A DNA stretch of 57,828 nucleotides, filler included, from Sphacelaria rigidula (lineage: Eukaryota), in assembly GCA_964200075.2 (NCBI GenBank). It is 6 parts of 6 records of this genome, joined end to end, with 100 filler letters (N's around TTAATTAATTAA, not from the genome) between each part and the next. Parts side by side here need not be neighbours in the genome. Positions count along the whole stretch, not along the records: positions 28,966 to 38,520 come from CAXNAA020008234.1; positions 38,621 to 48,174 come from CAXNAA020008235.1; 4 more parts are not named here. One strand, written 5' to 3'. The translations under genes and the position numbers were made by a program. Numbering within the stretch: the first letter of the stretch is position 1; each line of letters starts with the position of its first letter. Positions 36,601 to 48,274 of this stretch are shown here, piece after piece. The notes beneath the pieces are model-generated. The model ran no database searches. It worked only from the letters and a program-made list of their open reading frames with translations, and was not told the DNA's origin.

Positions 36601-38275
36601 GAACAAATTAAAACGCTTCCAAATTATGTTCGAGATTTCCGCGGCCTCAAAGATATCACTAGTGTCGTAATTGCGAGGAATACCACCCTCTTCCGGAAAC
36701 CAAAAAAGGAAAAGGAAAAAAAAAAGTGATACCTCGATTTTTCCCCCTCGAGAGGAAGAAGAGACACCCCTGACTGCACTGCCGAAATGAAAGCATCAAC
36801 TCTCAAGACAGACCTCGACGCCCATTTCTTCCTTTATAGGTTTTGTTCGTCAACGACAGCAGTACCAGTTTCGCAGCCGTTGGCGCCGTAGGGAAATCAA
36901 AATAGCCTTCGGAAAAGAAAATCGATTGCTCCGACCGGGAAACGAAGTGTATTGGGGATGGGGAAGGTTTTTCATCAACAAGCTGCGTTCTTTCTTCTGT
37001 GACGAATAGTACATATATAAAATATTTCGAACTCACGAGCGTCAAGCATACTTTGTAACGAGGCGTCCACGAGATTCAATGCTGACTTTAGCGCCCAAGT
37101 TCCTCCGCACCCGCCCCGGGAAATGGCTGTTCGGGTCAATGCCAATGCTAGGGGCCCGGTTAGCGGATTCGTACTTTACTTTGTGCGGGGGTACACATGC
37201 GTTCGCGACCGTTCGAACGGACGCGCGATCGCGGTGGTCCTGCAATGTTTCTGGCGGGCATGAAACATTTCGAGAGAGGACCTTTATCACGAGGGCTTGG
37301 CAAGGCAAGAGTACCAAGACCCTCGAAAAAGACGGACAGGACCGCGGCGCAGCCCCGGGTCCCGTGTGGCTTATATATACACACATATATATCAGCTTCC
37401 GTTGTTGAGAGGGTGAGAGCGCAATACTCCAGCAAAATAAGAGAGTATTTGACGACAGCAGACAGGGCGCAGGACTGCTGCTGACTGATGCAACCCGAAC
37501 TTGCCAATATTAGGTAGGGCGTGTACTGTACTCTATACTGCACCTCGAGAGCGAGAGAGAGAGAGAGAGAGAGATCGGGTCCATCCTTTAGACTACAGCT
37601 ACATACTCGTCCTGAGGAAGAATGGGAAGGGGTTGAAATGAAACAATAATGAGATGAAAAAAGAAAAAAAACTCTGTGATGTAATACATTTATTATACTC
37701 ATGTTTGGCGGTACTCCACCTACGACACCTCCATCACAACGAGGAGGGAGCATCGTGGTATGAACGAGTACAAATAGCGAGAAATACATTTGTCTCCAAA
37801 CCGCTGTCTCGACAGGGCAAACACCGGTAGGCCAACACCACCCCCTGATTCATACTCCAGGGTTATAGTTTCTCGGTGATTTTTGGAAACTCATCGGTAC
37901 GTACAACACTCCACCGGCATAAGTTGTATACCACCCTCTGAATGACAACACGTGAACGTCGGAGCACTGAATTTTCTATCTTTTCACCTCTTCGGCTTTT
38001 GGGGGTACTAATAGGACATGGGCGGCAGCTTGTGCCATGACATTTGCATTCAATCCCGCGATGGTGAAATGGCAGACAGTTTTATACAGAGATCCCCCCC
38101 TCCCCCCCCAGCGCTTCGTGCTTGGTGATCGATTGCGAGCCTGGTCCGGAGAAAACTCGCCGTGCTCCGTCCCGGCTTTGTGGGGATGCGAGGTCAATGG
38201 TCTTCTGACTATGGCATGCATGATCATGAGTACCCCCCCACCCCCGCAGACCGCTTGCGCCTTGAAACGACTCAC

Positions 38276-38508
38276 TTGTAGGTATTGATACCGCTATCGT
38301 GCTCGACAACGGTTGCTCGTCCCCCTCTCTCTGGACGTAGCACTCTCCACATCATCTCCTGTCGGCTCTTGGCGTTCTTGAAAGAGTGGAAATTCACTAC
38401 GAAAAAGCACAGCGGGATGCCAATTGGCCCCTCGGGCTCCCCAACACGCCTCCACAAGTTGTACAACTCCATCGTCATCCGCGCGTCGGCAGCCGCGTCA
38501 TGCGCACC
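38276..38508 (-). CDS. DEDDh-family 3'-5' exonuclease (REX4/ISG20/REX1-like), exon with ExoIII motif
   Basis: GAHDAAADARMTMELY matches the ExoIII HxxxxDAxxxxxLY signature. cag/gtgagt splice sites. Confidence 0.8.
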
Positions 38509-38520
38509 CTGTTAGGGGGG

Positions 38521-38620
38521 NNNNNNNNNNNNNNNNNNNNNNNNNNNNNNNNNNNNNNNNNNNNTTAATTAATTAANNNNNNNNNNNNNNNNNNNNNNNN
38601 NNNNNNNNNNNNNNNNNNNN
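38521..38620. other. Artificial spacer between fragments
   Basis: N44-TTAATTAATTAA-N44. Confidence 0.97.
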
Positions 38621-41567
38621 ATCGTTAAGGGCTCGTACAAACATAACGATACAGACTTATGGGACAGAGGAAGTATATGATTTGGTTGTTGTTGATTACT
38701 TGATGACAATCAACTAATGAGAAAGTTGATGCGATGTTGATTTATTATTATTTTATTATTATTTTTATTATTATTTTTTCCGCACATTAGTCCGATCTCG
38801 CGAACCCGTGGTCACAGACGTATTGATACACAATCAAATCAACTTTTTAATCATAATCACCCGTGATTATTTAGTTGATGAGTAACCCTACCCTCGTACC
38901 TCGTTAGGCGACACAGGCAGGGCCTACAGACAGGGGCAAGAAATATAAGTGGCAAGATTTTTCGACCTATCAGGGGCTTTCAATATACGAAAATGCGGCG
39001 ACCTTTCACCGATCAGATTAAAGAAAGGAGTGGTATTTTGAGTGGCAAAGTAGCTCTTATTGGCCCACACATTGCGCCGCTGCGAGGCAAACAGCTGCTG
39101 CCATCAATCGCTGGAGATGTAGCAACTCCATGCTGGCTCAGCTTGTTTGCCCCAACCTGCACGTACCCACCTTTACCACCTTGCGTGTCTTCTCCAATCA
39201 CAGCACCCGACTACAACTGAAGTTCCAGAGAAGATGCAACAGATAGCTGCACAGCCGTCACGTAATCGTTTCAACTTTGTGTAGACAGGGCTTTGATCCC
39301 ACCCCAGTTGTGTCCAGACCGAAACTCGGCATGCAGCGGTACAACTGTTCAGGCACTCACCAGCGCATATCACACCATGTTTGTCGTATAGGGTGCAAGT
39401 GCACAACAGCACAGCGACATCTACAGCATAGAAATGATGGGTGTGGGAAGTGCCTCGTTTGTTTCACTGAAGACGAAACAACGAACACACTATGAAGGTC
39501 TCCACAGTGTGCATACAGCACAAACATCATGTTATCATGTCGCGCTTCGCGCGAAAATATTTTTATTCGCTTTGAGTCACCCCTATCTGTGGGAGGTGAG
39601 CCATTTAGGCCGTGTCTTTCAGAGATCGGAAAAAAGGAGTGGGCGAAGGAAGAACCGTCCGAAAACGGCATGTTGATTGATCGCGGGGCGTATCTATGGT
39701 TGCGGCGACTTATCAACACGCTACTTTTGGGCGCTTATTCCTTTCCACGCTTCTTTTTCTGGTCTCGATAAGACACGGCCTTATGGTGAATACTTAGCGC
39801 ATTTTGCACTCGAAGTATCACGTCATTTGTGTCCTTGATCGGACTTTATATTATGTAGACCAGCATTTCCTTCGTGTTTGGAAGTCAGTACTAATACAGT
39901 ACTGTGCAGTGTTGGATACGACTTGTAAAGCTAAGCCATACGCATTTACGTCCCGGTAAGGTTCTCCAACTTCTGTCGCGGTGTTTTACCCACGGCATGG
40001 ATGAAATCCCGTCAAAACCTTTGCAATGTGTATGTATATATATTGTCATGGTTTGTAGATTGCGTGCGTTATCTCTTTGTTCCAGTAGAATACATGGCAC
40101 CGGACATTTCTCCATTTGGTATCAGCACAGCGGTATCCAGCACATAGCTGCCTGTGCACAGCTCTTCCCAAAATCAAGTCGCTGGGATTTTGGAGCCATT
40201 TTTTTCGACACGTCATCGGGCTTCAACCAAGGTGCTTGACTGACGAGGTTTGAATGAACCCGCCAAACCTTTTGCAACAGGGCATCGATGATCTGGAGGT
40301 CGTGTTTGTTGCATTCGGACGCAAGAAGCAGTGTGTTGCGAGAGAAGTCTCTCGCAACAACGTGGGGCTGCTTCGCGCGGGGAGAGGTGTTGAACACCGA
40401 GGCACCGACCGAGCCCGCTTGCCCTCGTCCCACGCCTCCTCATTTTTCTCCGAAGCATTGGTGATATTTTCCTCCTGACATGTGTTACATTTAGATCTTT
40501 TTTCACGACCGGCCGTACTCACTGTGTGCCGAAGTTTATCCTGAAGAAATAGGGGTCAAGCGTGCCAGCATCCAGCCCCCAAAACTCGCGATATTCTTCA
40601 TCTACGAAAATACGGAGGGGACCAAAACCGATTTATATATATATATATATATATAAAAACATGGTCGGCGAAACACCGTTTCCAGGCATCGGGCCTGGTT
40701 TTGTGTCGCGTTTTTCAACAGTCCTCCAACAAGTCGACACGGTGGAGAACGGACTCGAAGAGGCATGTAATCACGAGAATGCTACCGTACTACGAACCTG
40801 CAGACAGCCTCTACACTAACCTCCACTAAGGATCCCGGCTTGACACTACCGAACAAAGCGTACGAGCTGGTGACGGGCATTTTTTGGGAGAACTGGTGCA
40901 GCAGGTGCATGCACCTACCGTACGCGCACGATGTTCATTTTCGCATCGTCTCATATTAAACCCAATCGCAGAAAACTCAGGCTATATTCTCTAAATCTCA
41001 TCTAAAGGACTTCGATTATTATGTTCCGAGAGTCGCTCAAAACGAAAATGTGAGAAAAAGGCACATCACACACCCATCTACTTCGAGGGGTAATACTTAG
41101 TCCCGAAGTAAACCGGGGCGTGTGAGGGTACAATACGAAGATTAACCCGTCGAGGCGTGGAGTATTTCTCACAAACGTTATGCCTGCTTGGGAACTGGCT
41201 GTTGGTGTTTTACTGCCATCTGTCTATGAAGAAAGAAAAAAGAAGCAAGCATGTGTGTAAATATATATGTATATATGTCACAAAATCCGCACACACTTCA
41301 GGGGGCTTCGGCCACTCAAATCCGGGCAAAAACGCGTCCACGTGTAGTTGTGTCGTGCTCCAACGAGGGCTTTAATGCCGTACCGTTGTCAACATTCCCT
41401 TCCTTGGGCAATGAGTTTGCCCTTCCGTGTACCGATACCACTACTTCCTTACCCGAGTCATCGCAAAGTACAAAGTGTAGAGAGCATTAGACCCCAGGGA
41501 TGCAAGATAGCCGAGTCCCGGAGAAACTAAAGTATGCCCCCTTCCCCGTCCCTCTGCTCGCCCACAG

Positions 41568-41832
41568 AGACGCCGCAGAGGACAGCAGGCACACAGAGGA
41601 ACGGAAGGCGGGGGGGGCACTGGTGATACTTCAGCCAAACCAACATCTGGATCAATTGCTGACAGTACAACAGCGAAATCAGATGGGCATTTTACTGCGA
41701 TGGGACAGCGTCGAAGCCAAGCCGCCGACAAAGCGTTGCGGGAGCGATATCTCGCCGTGTTGCAGAGGAGAGACGGCGGGGTGACAGCGGCGGAGCGGGT
41801 AAAGACGTTGAGGAAGATGGTGATTTCTGAGG
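41568..41832 (+). CDS. BUB2: Bub2/Cdc16-like TBC GAP, N-terminal exon
   Basis: cag/gtgagt splice sites. Ends ...ERVKTLRKMVISE-G and splices in phase to G-LP at 45004, recreating the TBC N-terminal LRxxxxxEGLP motif. Confidence 0.75.
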
Positions 41833-43213
41833 GTGAGTTTTTGAGCTGACAGGATGAAACGAGTGATTGGAAAAAGAAAATATGTAAAATTGTTCGTTGG
41901 ATGTAGTTCGATTGGCATTGCCGAAGAGCGTAGCTTTACAAGTGACAGACTAAGAAGTCGGTGTTCTCCTACGTAGCACCGTTTTGGGGGGTGTTTTTTT
42001 CACCCCGTTTTGTCTGCGACTCAAAGGTGCTAAATCTCAAGGGTACCCAGGATAGTAGAAGATTCGGGTACGGATATTTTGGGGCTTCCATACCCTGAGT
42101 ATCCTGAAGTACTCGGGTATTTCGTCGATCGATACCACAGATACAGCGAAGTACTCGGGTACTGTTGCAGTCGACATCCGTATTTTCAGGGGTTGACACC
42201 CGGCGTAGACTGGAATACTTTTTATTCGCGGCGATCGATACCCGGCCTACCATGGAAAATAGAATGATGTCGGCGCACAACACTTTGGGTACCCTAGACC
42301 GCCGAGCGGTCGATACCCTGGGTAACCTGGAGACCTTGGTCCTGTGAATACTCGAGTGTACAGGGCAGCGGGGAGCTTGGTATGAAGGTAGTACTCAGTA
42401 CATTTCGCGAAGACTCTCTGTTCTAAGGAGGTGATGCTACTCGTGCTACCAGTAGTCACACAGTCTTCAACACCTGCCTGGGAGCACCCGAAACAGCAAA
42501 ACAAAGCGAGATGCGCTTTGCACGTCCACTGTGTCCAACGTATACTGTAAGTAAGCCTGTAGAATGTTTTGCCTGTTTAACCTGCCCCCCCAAGATGTGC
42601 ATGCCGTACGCTATGAAAACCTTGATGACACTTAGGAACATGTGTCACAGGGACGCTGGGAAACGAGAGGATCGAGGTTCATGGACTTCTGCGTGTTTTG
42701 CTTGGCGATTTCAGATTACATGAGATCATGTCCCTTTTGTTTCTTTTTTTCTCTTGTTCTCACCTGCAGCTCCTTCCCTTCTTCGGGACGGGTCTGTGGT
42801 CTCAAGGAATCAACCCATCTCCCCCCGATACAGCACACTAGTCTCGAAAGGGGTGCGTGGTCATCAAGGCAAGCAACAAATTAGTTTGTTCCCCCCCCCA
42901 CCCCCTCCGGTACAGCACGTGCCCGACATTTTGGTATCGTGCAATGGATTGGATCATGACCAGCACTTCCGCACCGCGTCGACTGTCGTCCAACAAAACT
43001 CAGCCAAACAGACGCCTTTCGCGGTACTCACGTACGTCCTCACGCTTTCAAGAGCGGAAATCAGAAACTTCCAAGGGGGGGGGGAAACTGAACTAGACAC
43101 ATCTGGAGGCAATATCACCCGCGCTTTTTCTCGTCCCAATGGCGTCAGCTGTACCATTTTAATTCACACCACCGGGGGATGGCGGCAATGAGATATGTTT
43201 ACCGTATGATCAT

Positions 43214-43426
43214 CAGGGCACTCATCGTTACACGTCACGAGTTAAGCGGCGTTGGGCCAGGCAAATACTACGGTGGGGGACCACGTGGGGAGCCCTGGTG
43301 ATGTTTCTTCAAAGTCAATTCAAATCAGGGCTGCCCACGTGGTCCTAAACCGTAGTACTAGCCTGGCCCGACGCTTGACTTGTGACGTGTAACGATAACT
43401 TGTGGCGTGTAACGATGAGTGCCCTG
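43214..43426. mobile_element. hAT-like foldback MITE (213 bp)
   Basis: TIR CAGGGCACTCATCGTTACAC mirrored exactly; 8-bp TSD atgatcat / atgataat (one mismatch); palindromic throughout. Confidence 0.85.
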
Positions 43427-45003
43427 ATGATAATGAAGAATCGTCGATCGCAACGTAGTGTCTGCTCAATACCGCGTTACAGCACAAGACACTGGAGTAA
43501 GTGGATACATCCGCCAAAATCTTCGACGACTGATTCGCCAATTGATACATACCGTCCTTACCGTGTTTCGGCAGCGTACAATAAATGAGTCTTATTTGGC
43601 CTAGCCTGGAAGGATCACTGACATTTATCCCGCAATCGATGATGGCCTACGTATCATGGAGTACTCGCGAGTCATGCCACGGTAGGGCTGCACAAACGAT
43701 TTATCAGTTTTGAATTGTTAGGAGTCCCATTGTCTCATCGAAAAAAGCTTCGCGGAACGGGTTAGAGCATATCACGATTAGCACTCCCATGAGCGAGGAA
43801 TATCTCGAATAAAAAATTTAAACGGAATTGTTCTGACCCATTTACTTGTTTAGCTCTCAACTTCAGGACCCCCTCAACGAGAAAGATCCAGGCGAGATGT
43901 ACAACCCCTTCTGTGGCATGAATCTCGGGTATACCCGGTTGTAGATACCCTTGGTACCCCACGATTATTGTGTGCTCTGGAGAATCAATACGCTAGCGTG
44001 TTGGGCAGTCAATCCACTGGGTATCGTTGCGTATTCGGTACCGCAAATTACTCGAGTGCATAAGGCACTTCTCAGTATCGTACGCTATCCTGAGCACGTT
44101 CGCTAATTTCATGAGACGTAGCGGTTGGAGTAGGGGGGAACAGAAAAGAGAAGGAAACTTGCATGGCGGAAGGGGAGGGCGTCGAGTTATAGAATAGTAG
44201 CGACATATTAGTAGGCCTGTTATAGCGCCGTACCGCATTGAGTCTCTTTTCTCATGGGCTAGAACTGTAGGTGCAGCGGTGTACGCTGTGGACAGACCGC
44301 CGACTGATATTCCAAGGTGTGGCGTTTTAGTCCCTTCCTCTTTGTTTTTGGTACCTGCCGTATTTAGTCACCCTTTCCCCCCCCAGTTTGGGCCACGTAT
44401 GTGTACGGTAAATTGGCCCTGAAAAGCCGCCGTGCACACGGTACTCGTACCGTCTCGTGCGAGGATGGGGACTTGCCATGTTGTTACTCTCAACACCACT
44501 GGTTACTATATGTTTGTTGGCGATATCCATGGTTTGACCGTGCTTCCAATGACATTGAAGCTTGAAATCAATCTCCTCCTGGTGAAACATCTCGGAATAT
44601 GGGCGCGTTTGGGGCTATACGGCGCTCGCTGCAGCGGAGAATGGAACTGTGAGACACGAAGTTCGTCAACAAGGCCCCTAGAATTAGCCACAGTAGCGCC
44701 GTCTTCCGCCGACCTAGTCGTGCGTCATATCCCTGCATCAGGTCCTCTTCATGGTCGAATCTCGTTGCCTCACGCGCCAAATCCCCCCTCCCCCCCCCCG
44801 CCCTCTATAGAGCGGCAATTGCAGATACACGACGCGCTCGGCTTCTTTGTCTCATCGAAGGCGCCTGCCCATGCCAAACGTGCAGATCACTCCAATTGAA
44901 TATACTTTCCCCCCAGCATAAAAAAAGGTGCTCGCTCCCATCCCTCGGACGGAAAATCACGCTATGCGTCTTCGTTTCCTTTTCACCCCGTACCCTCAAG
45001 TAG

Positions 45004-45937
45004 GGCTACCGGATGAAGTAAAATCGACACCGTCAAGCCCTCAAGCAGCAGCGAAGAATGGGAGACGCGGCTCCGGTGTGGTTGCGGCAGGGGCCCCAGG
45101 AACGAGCAGGGTAGAGGCAGCGGCTCCGCGCGAAACAGAAGCAGCGGCCGTTCCTGGGGAAATAGTAGCAACAGCAGAGGGAGATAGTGGTGGCAAAAAC
45201 TTGACAATGGCGACGGCGGTGACGGCGGCGGGAGATTTTGACCCGGCGGCAAATCCCGAGGGTCTGCGGTGCTCCCTACGTGGGCTTGTGTGGAAGGTGC
45301 TTTTGGGCACGTTTCACACGGATGCCAATCTGTACATTCGGCTGGTGGGACGGGGCCCATCCTCCGAAGACGTCAAAATCCGCGAAGACACGTTCCGGAC
45401 GTTCGCCGGGGACAAGGAGTTCCGGCGGAGGGTGCCCGAAGACAAGCTCTCCCGGATTAACAATGCCTTCGTGACGCTGAACTCACCGTCGCCGACTAGC
45501 GAAGAGACGGCGGTGACCGCCTCGACGGCCGCCGGCGGGGACGTAGGCAACGCCGATGGTCAAGCGCCGCGCGAGGGTCGCGTGGGGAGCGGCGGTAGTT
45601 CACAACGGGAGAGCCACGCGGGGAACGCGCCTCGCGAAAGTCGCGCGGACAGCGCGTCTAGCGGCGCAAAGAACGGCAGTAGTGATGGAGACGGGTGGGA
45701 CGAGCCGGAGGGAGGTGGGGAGGGTGGTGCAGCGGTGGTTGTTGCCGGTGCAAGTGGTGGGGGGGGTGGTAGCGGTGGCGGCGGTGGTGGCAAGAGTGTT
45801 GCGGCAGGGGCGCCGAGGCAGGGCAAGGGTAAATATGTGCAGGGAATGACGGTGCTCAGCGCGCCACTGTTGTTCGTCATGCCCGAGGTGGATGCGTTCT
45901 ACTGCTTCAACAGTCTGCTTAATGAACACATGCCTAG
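45004..45937 (+). CDS. BUB2: Bub2/Cdc16-like TBC (RabGAP) domain protein, main exon
   Basis: TBC motifs LRGLVWKVLLG, IREDTFRTF (arginine finger) and YVQGM (glutamine finger), with Bub2-type context (GPS...KIxxDTFRT, RVxExxLxR). gtgagt donor at 45938. Confidence 0.88.
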
Positions 45938-46940
45938 GTGAGTGCAGGGGAGCGAGAGGAATTGGATCTCGCATCGCTGTGGGTAGTGGGGAGGGGGGGA
46001 GGGGACAGGGGGGGTGTAACCATTCGTCGCTTGCCTTAGTCACTCGACCATTGGGGCAGTGGCGGGGGGGAGGATGTGCTCATGATATTGCATGCCGTAG
46101 TCATAAGGACATTGACCTCGCATCCCTTCGAAGCCGGGACGAAGCACGCCGGGTTTTCGCCGGACCAGGCTTGCAATCAATCACCACAGCGCCGTGATGT
46201 GTTCGGCGAGTCGCATGAGGGGTGAGCTGCATCCTGCTAAAATTGCTCGGCCCGAAGCGTTCGAACTATTATATCGCATGTGGCGAATAGCTTGCTTCAT
46301 TTTCTGGTATCGCCACTTCCAGAGATTGTCTCGGGTTCCACAGTGCCTCATGAGTGTCTCACCAGAGTTGACGTCCTCCGTCCCGCACAATATGATCTAA
46401 CTCGACCACCGTCATGGTTACAAGGGACAGGAGGGGAAAAACTCATTTTTTGCTTGCCTTAATAATTTGACCGTTGATGACGCATCCTTTTCGAGACGGA
46501 GCACCGTTATTACTCGTTATAGAGACACCTTCAACACATGGTCTCTCGTTACGTTTTCCTGTATATTACACAAACACCTTACGCATATCTAATCCCCTCA
46601 TTGTTTCGCCTTCTGTGGCCATCATTTCTCTCGTAGTACAGCGATCGATTTCTCGCTGTCCAAAAGTACCGCACGATTCCGTCCAGGGGAGGGGGAGGGG
46701 AGCATATTGCGGTACGTTTTTTCCAGGAGACAGGATCGGGATCGGAAGAGGGGCTGTTGAGGATGTGTGCAATATGGGTAGATGGTTGTGGGACAGTATT
46801 TTCTCTCTTATTCGTGTACGTTTCGCATATTATGTTTTTTCATGTGTCACCGCTGCCGTGCATACATCGTCGCACCAAGGCTTTAATTTTATGAACTATA
46901 ATAATACTCTCCAGGCGATCTTCCTCATGGACCAGAGGGG

Positions 46941-47316
46941 ATGTGTGTATGTGTGTGTCTGTTGTCACCCCATCTATTCTGGACGCCAGGCTACACATTT
47001 CGGTATGTGTGGGCGATTCAGCCGGGGCCACACAGGAGGGAGGCCAACACAGGAGTTGTTTCCTTTTATATTTGTTGTTTTTAGTCGTCCACCTTCCTTC
47101 TGCTGTGCTTGTCTATTTTTTTTCATCGTGAGAGGGGTTCAGCGGTCCCTTCCCCTCGTCGGCCGTGAAGTCAGACTTTGTGTACCCACGACGTAGTCAC
47201 TCTCCACTGCTGGGTATGGTGTGAGAAAAAATCCCAGATCATGTGACCTCACCGAGATTTGAACCCACGACCCGACCGTCACAAAGTTTCGAGGTCACCA
47301 ATTAAGCCACCGGGGC
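46941..47316 (-). mobile_element. tRNA-derived SINE family 2, full-length copy
   Basis: A-box TGGCTTAATTGG, B-box GGTTCAAATCT, (CA)-rich tail. Colinear with 1-342. Confidence 0.8.
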
Positions 47317-47487
47317 GTCCGGCTCCTTTTAGAACCGAAGAATAAGAAAGTAAAGGTACGGCGCGGTCGGTATCTCCCACTTCTTGTCCGTCCCAACCAT
47401 CCGCCCACCCCCGTCCTTTTGCGCGATGTGTGCGATCCTTGTCATGCTCCACACGCGCCGCATCGTCATCCACACCCTGTCATACAG

Positions 47488-47731
47488 GTACGTAGCGGCT
47501 AATCTAGACGGTGTTCACGCGGGCTGCGCCTTGGTGGATCGAGCCCTGAGCGCGGTCGATCAAACGCTCTTCAACTATCTGGAGAGCAAATTCCAGTCGG
47601 CCCAGCTCTACGCATTTCCCCTCGTCATGAGCCTGCACGCTTGCATACCTCCTCTGGAGGAGGTGGTGAAGCTGTGGGACTCGTTGTTTTCTTTCGGCGT
47701 GCACCTCGAAATTCTCATCTGCGTTGCTCAG
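47488..47731 (+). CDS. BUB2: Bub2/Cdc16-like TBC GAP, C-terminal-domain exon
   Basis: YVAANLDGVHAGCALVD...AQLYAFPLVMSLHACIPPLEEVVKLWDSLFSFGVHLEILICVAQ is the characteristic Bub2/Cdc16 pattern. Phase matches 45937. Confidence 0.9.
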
Positions 47732-48174
47732 GTCGGTTTTGGTGTGTATCGCTGCGCCCGTAAATAGCAGATGATCCGGGGGAAGAGGGGGTTGCTATAG
47801 TTTTCCCTACGGCATGTGCGGGGTCGTCTCTCGTGTCGGGGATGAGGGATAGGGTGAGAATATACCCCCTCCTTGGAGGCTGTTGCCGCATTATTCGTTG
47901 AGGATCAGTTTCGTGTTCATACCCAAAATGCTTGTACCCCCCCCCCGCCCGCTCCTGCGCGATGTGTCCTGTTTCATGTCTCCAGACGACTCTGCTCTCG
48001 GGGTTGCAGCTGTACCGGTGCATGTCTCTAACTTTCCTTCCACACCACAGCAACAGCAACTGAAACCTAGCGCCACAAAAAAAAAAACGAAACCCCAGTC
48101 TCCCCTTACCCTCCCCCCCCCCCCCCCCCCTCCACTCACCCCCCCCCCCCCCCCCGTAACCCACCCCCACCCCC

Positions 48175-48274
48175 NNNNNNNNNNNNNNNNNNNNNNNNNN
48201 NNNNNNNNNNNNNNNNNNTTAATTAATTAANNNNNNNNNNNNNNNNNNNNNNNNNNNNNNNNNNNNNNNNNNNN
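48175..48274. other. Artificial spacer between fragments
   Basis: N44-TTAATTAATTAA-N44. Confidence 0.97.

Noticed and set aside
40281-40460. Possible further upstream Bub2 exon
   Set aside because: Has cag/gt boundaries and an open frame, but a weak donor (gtgata) and no conserved sequence.
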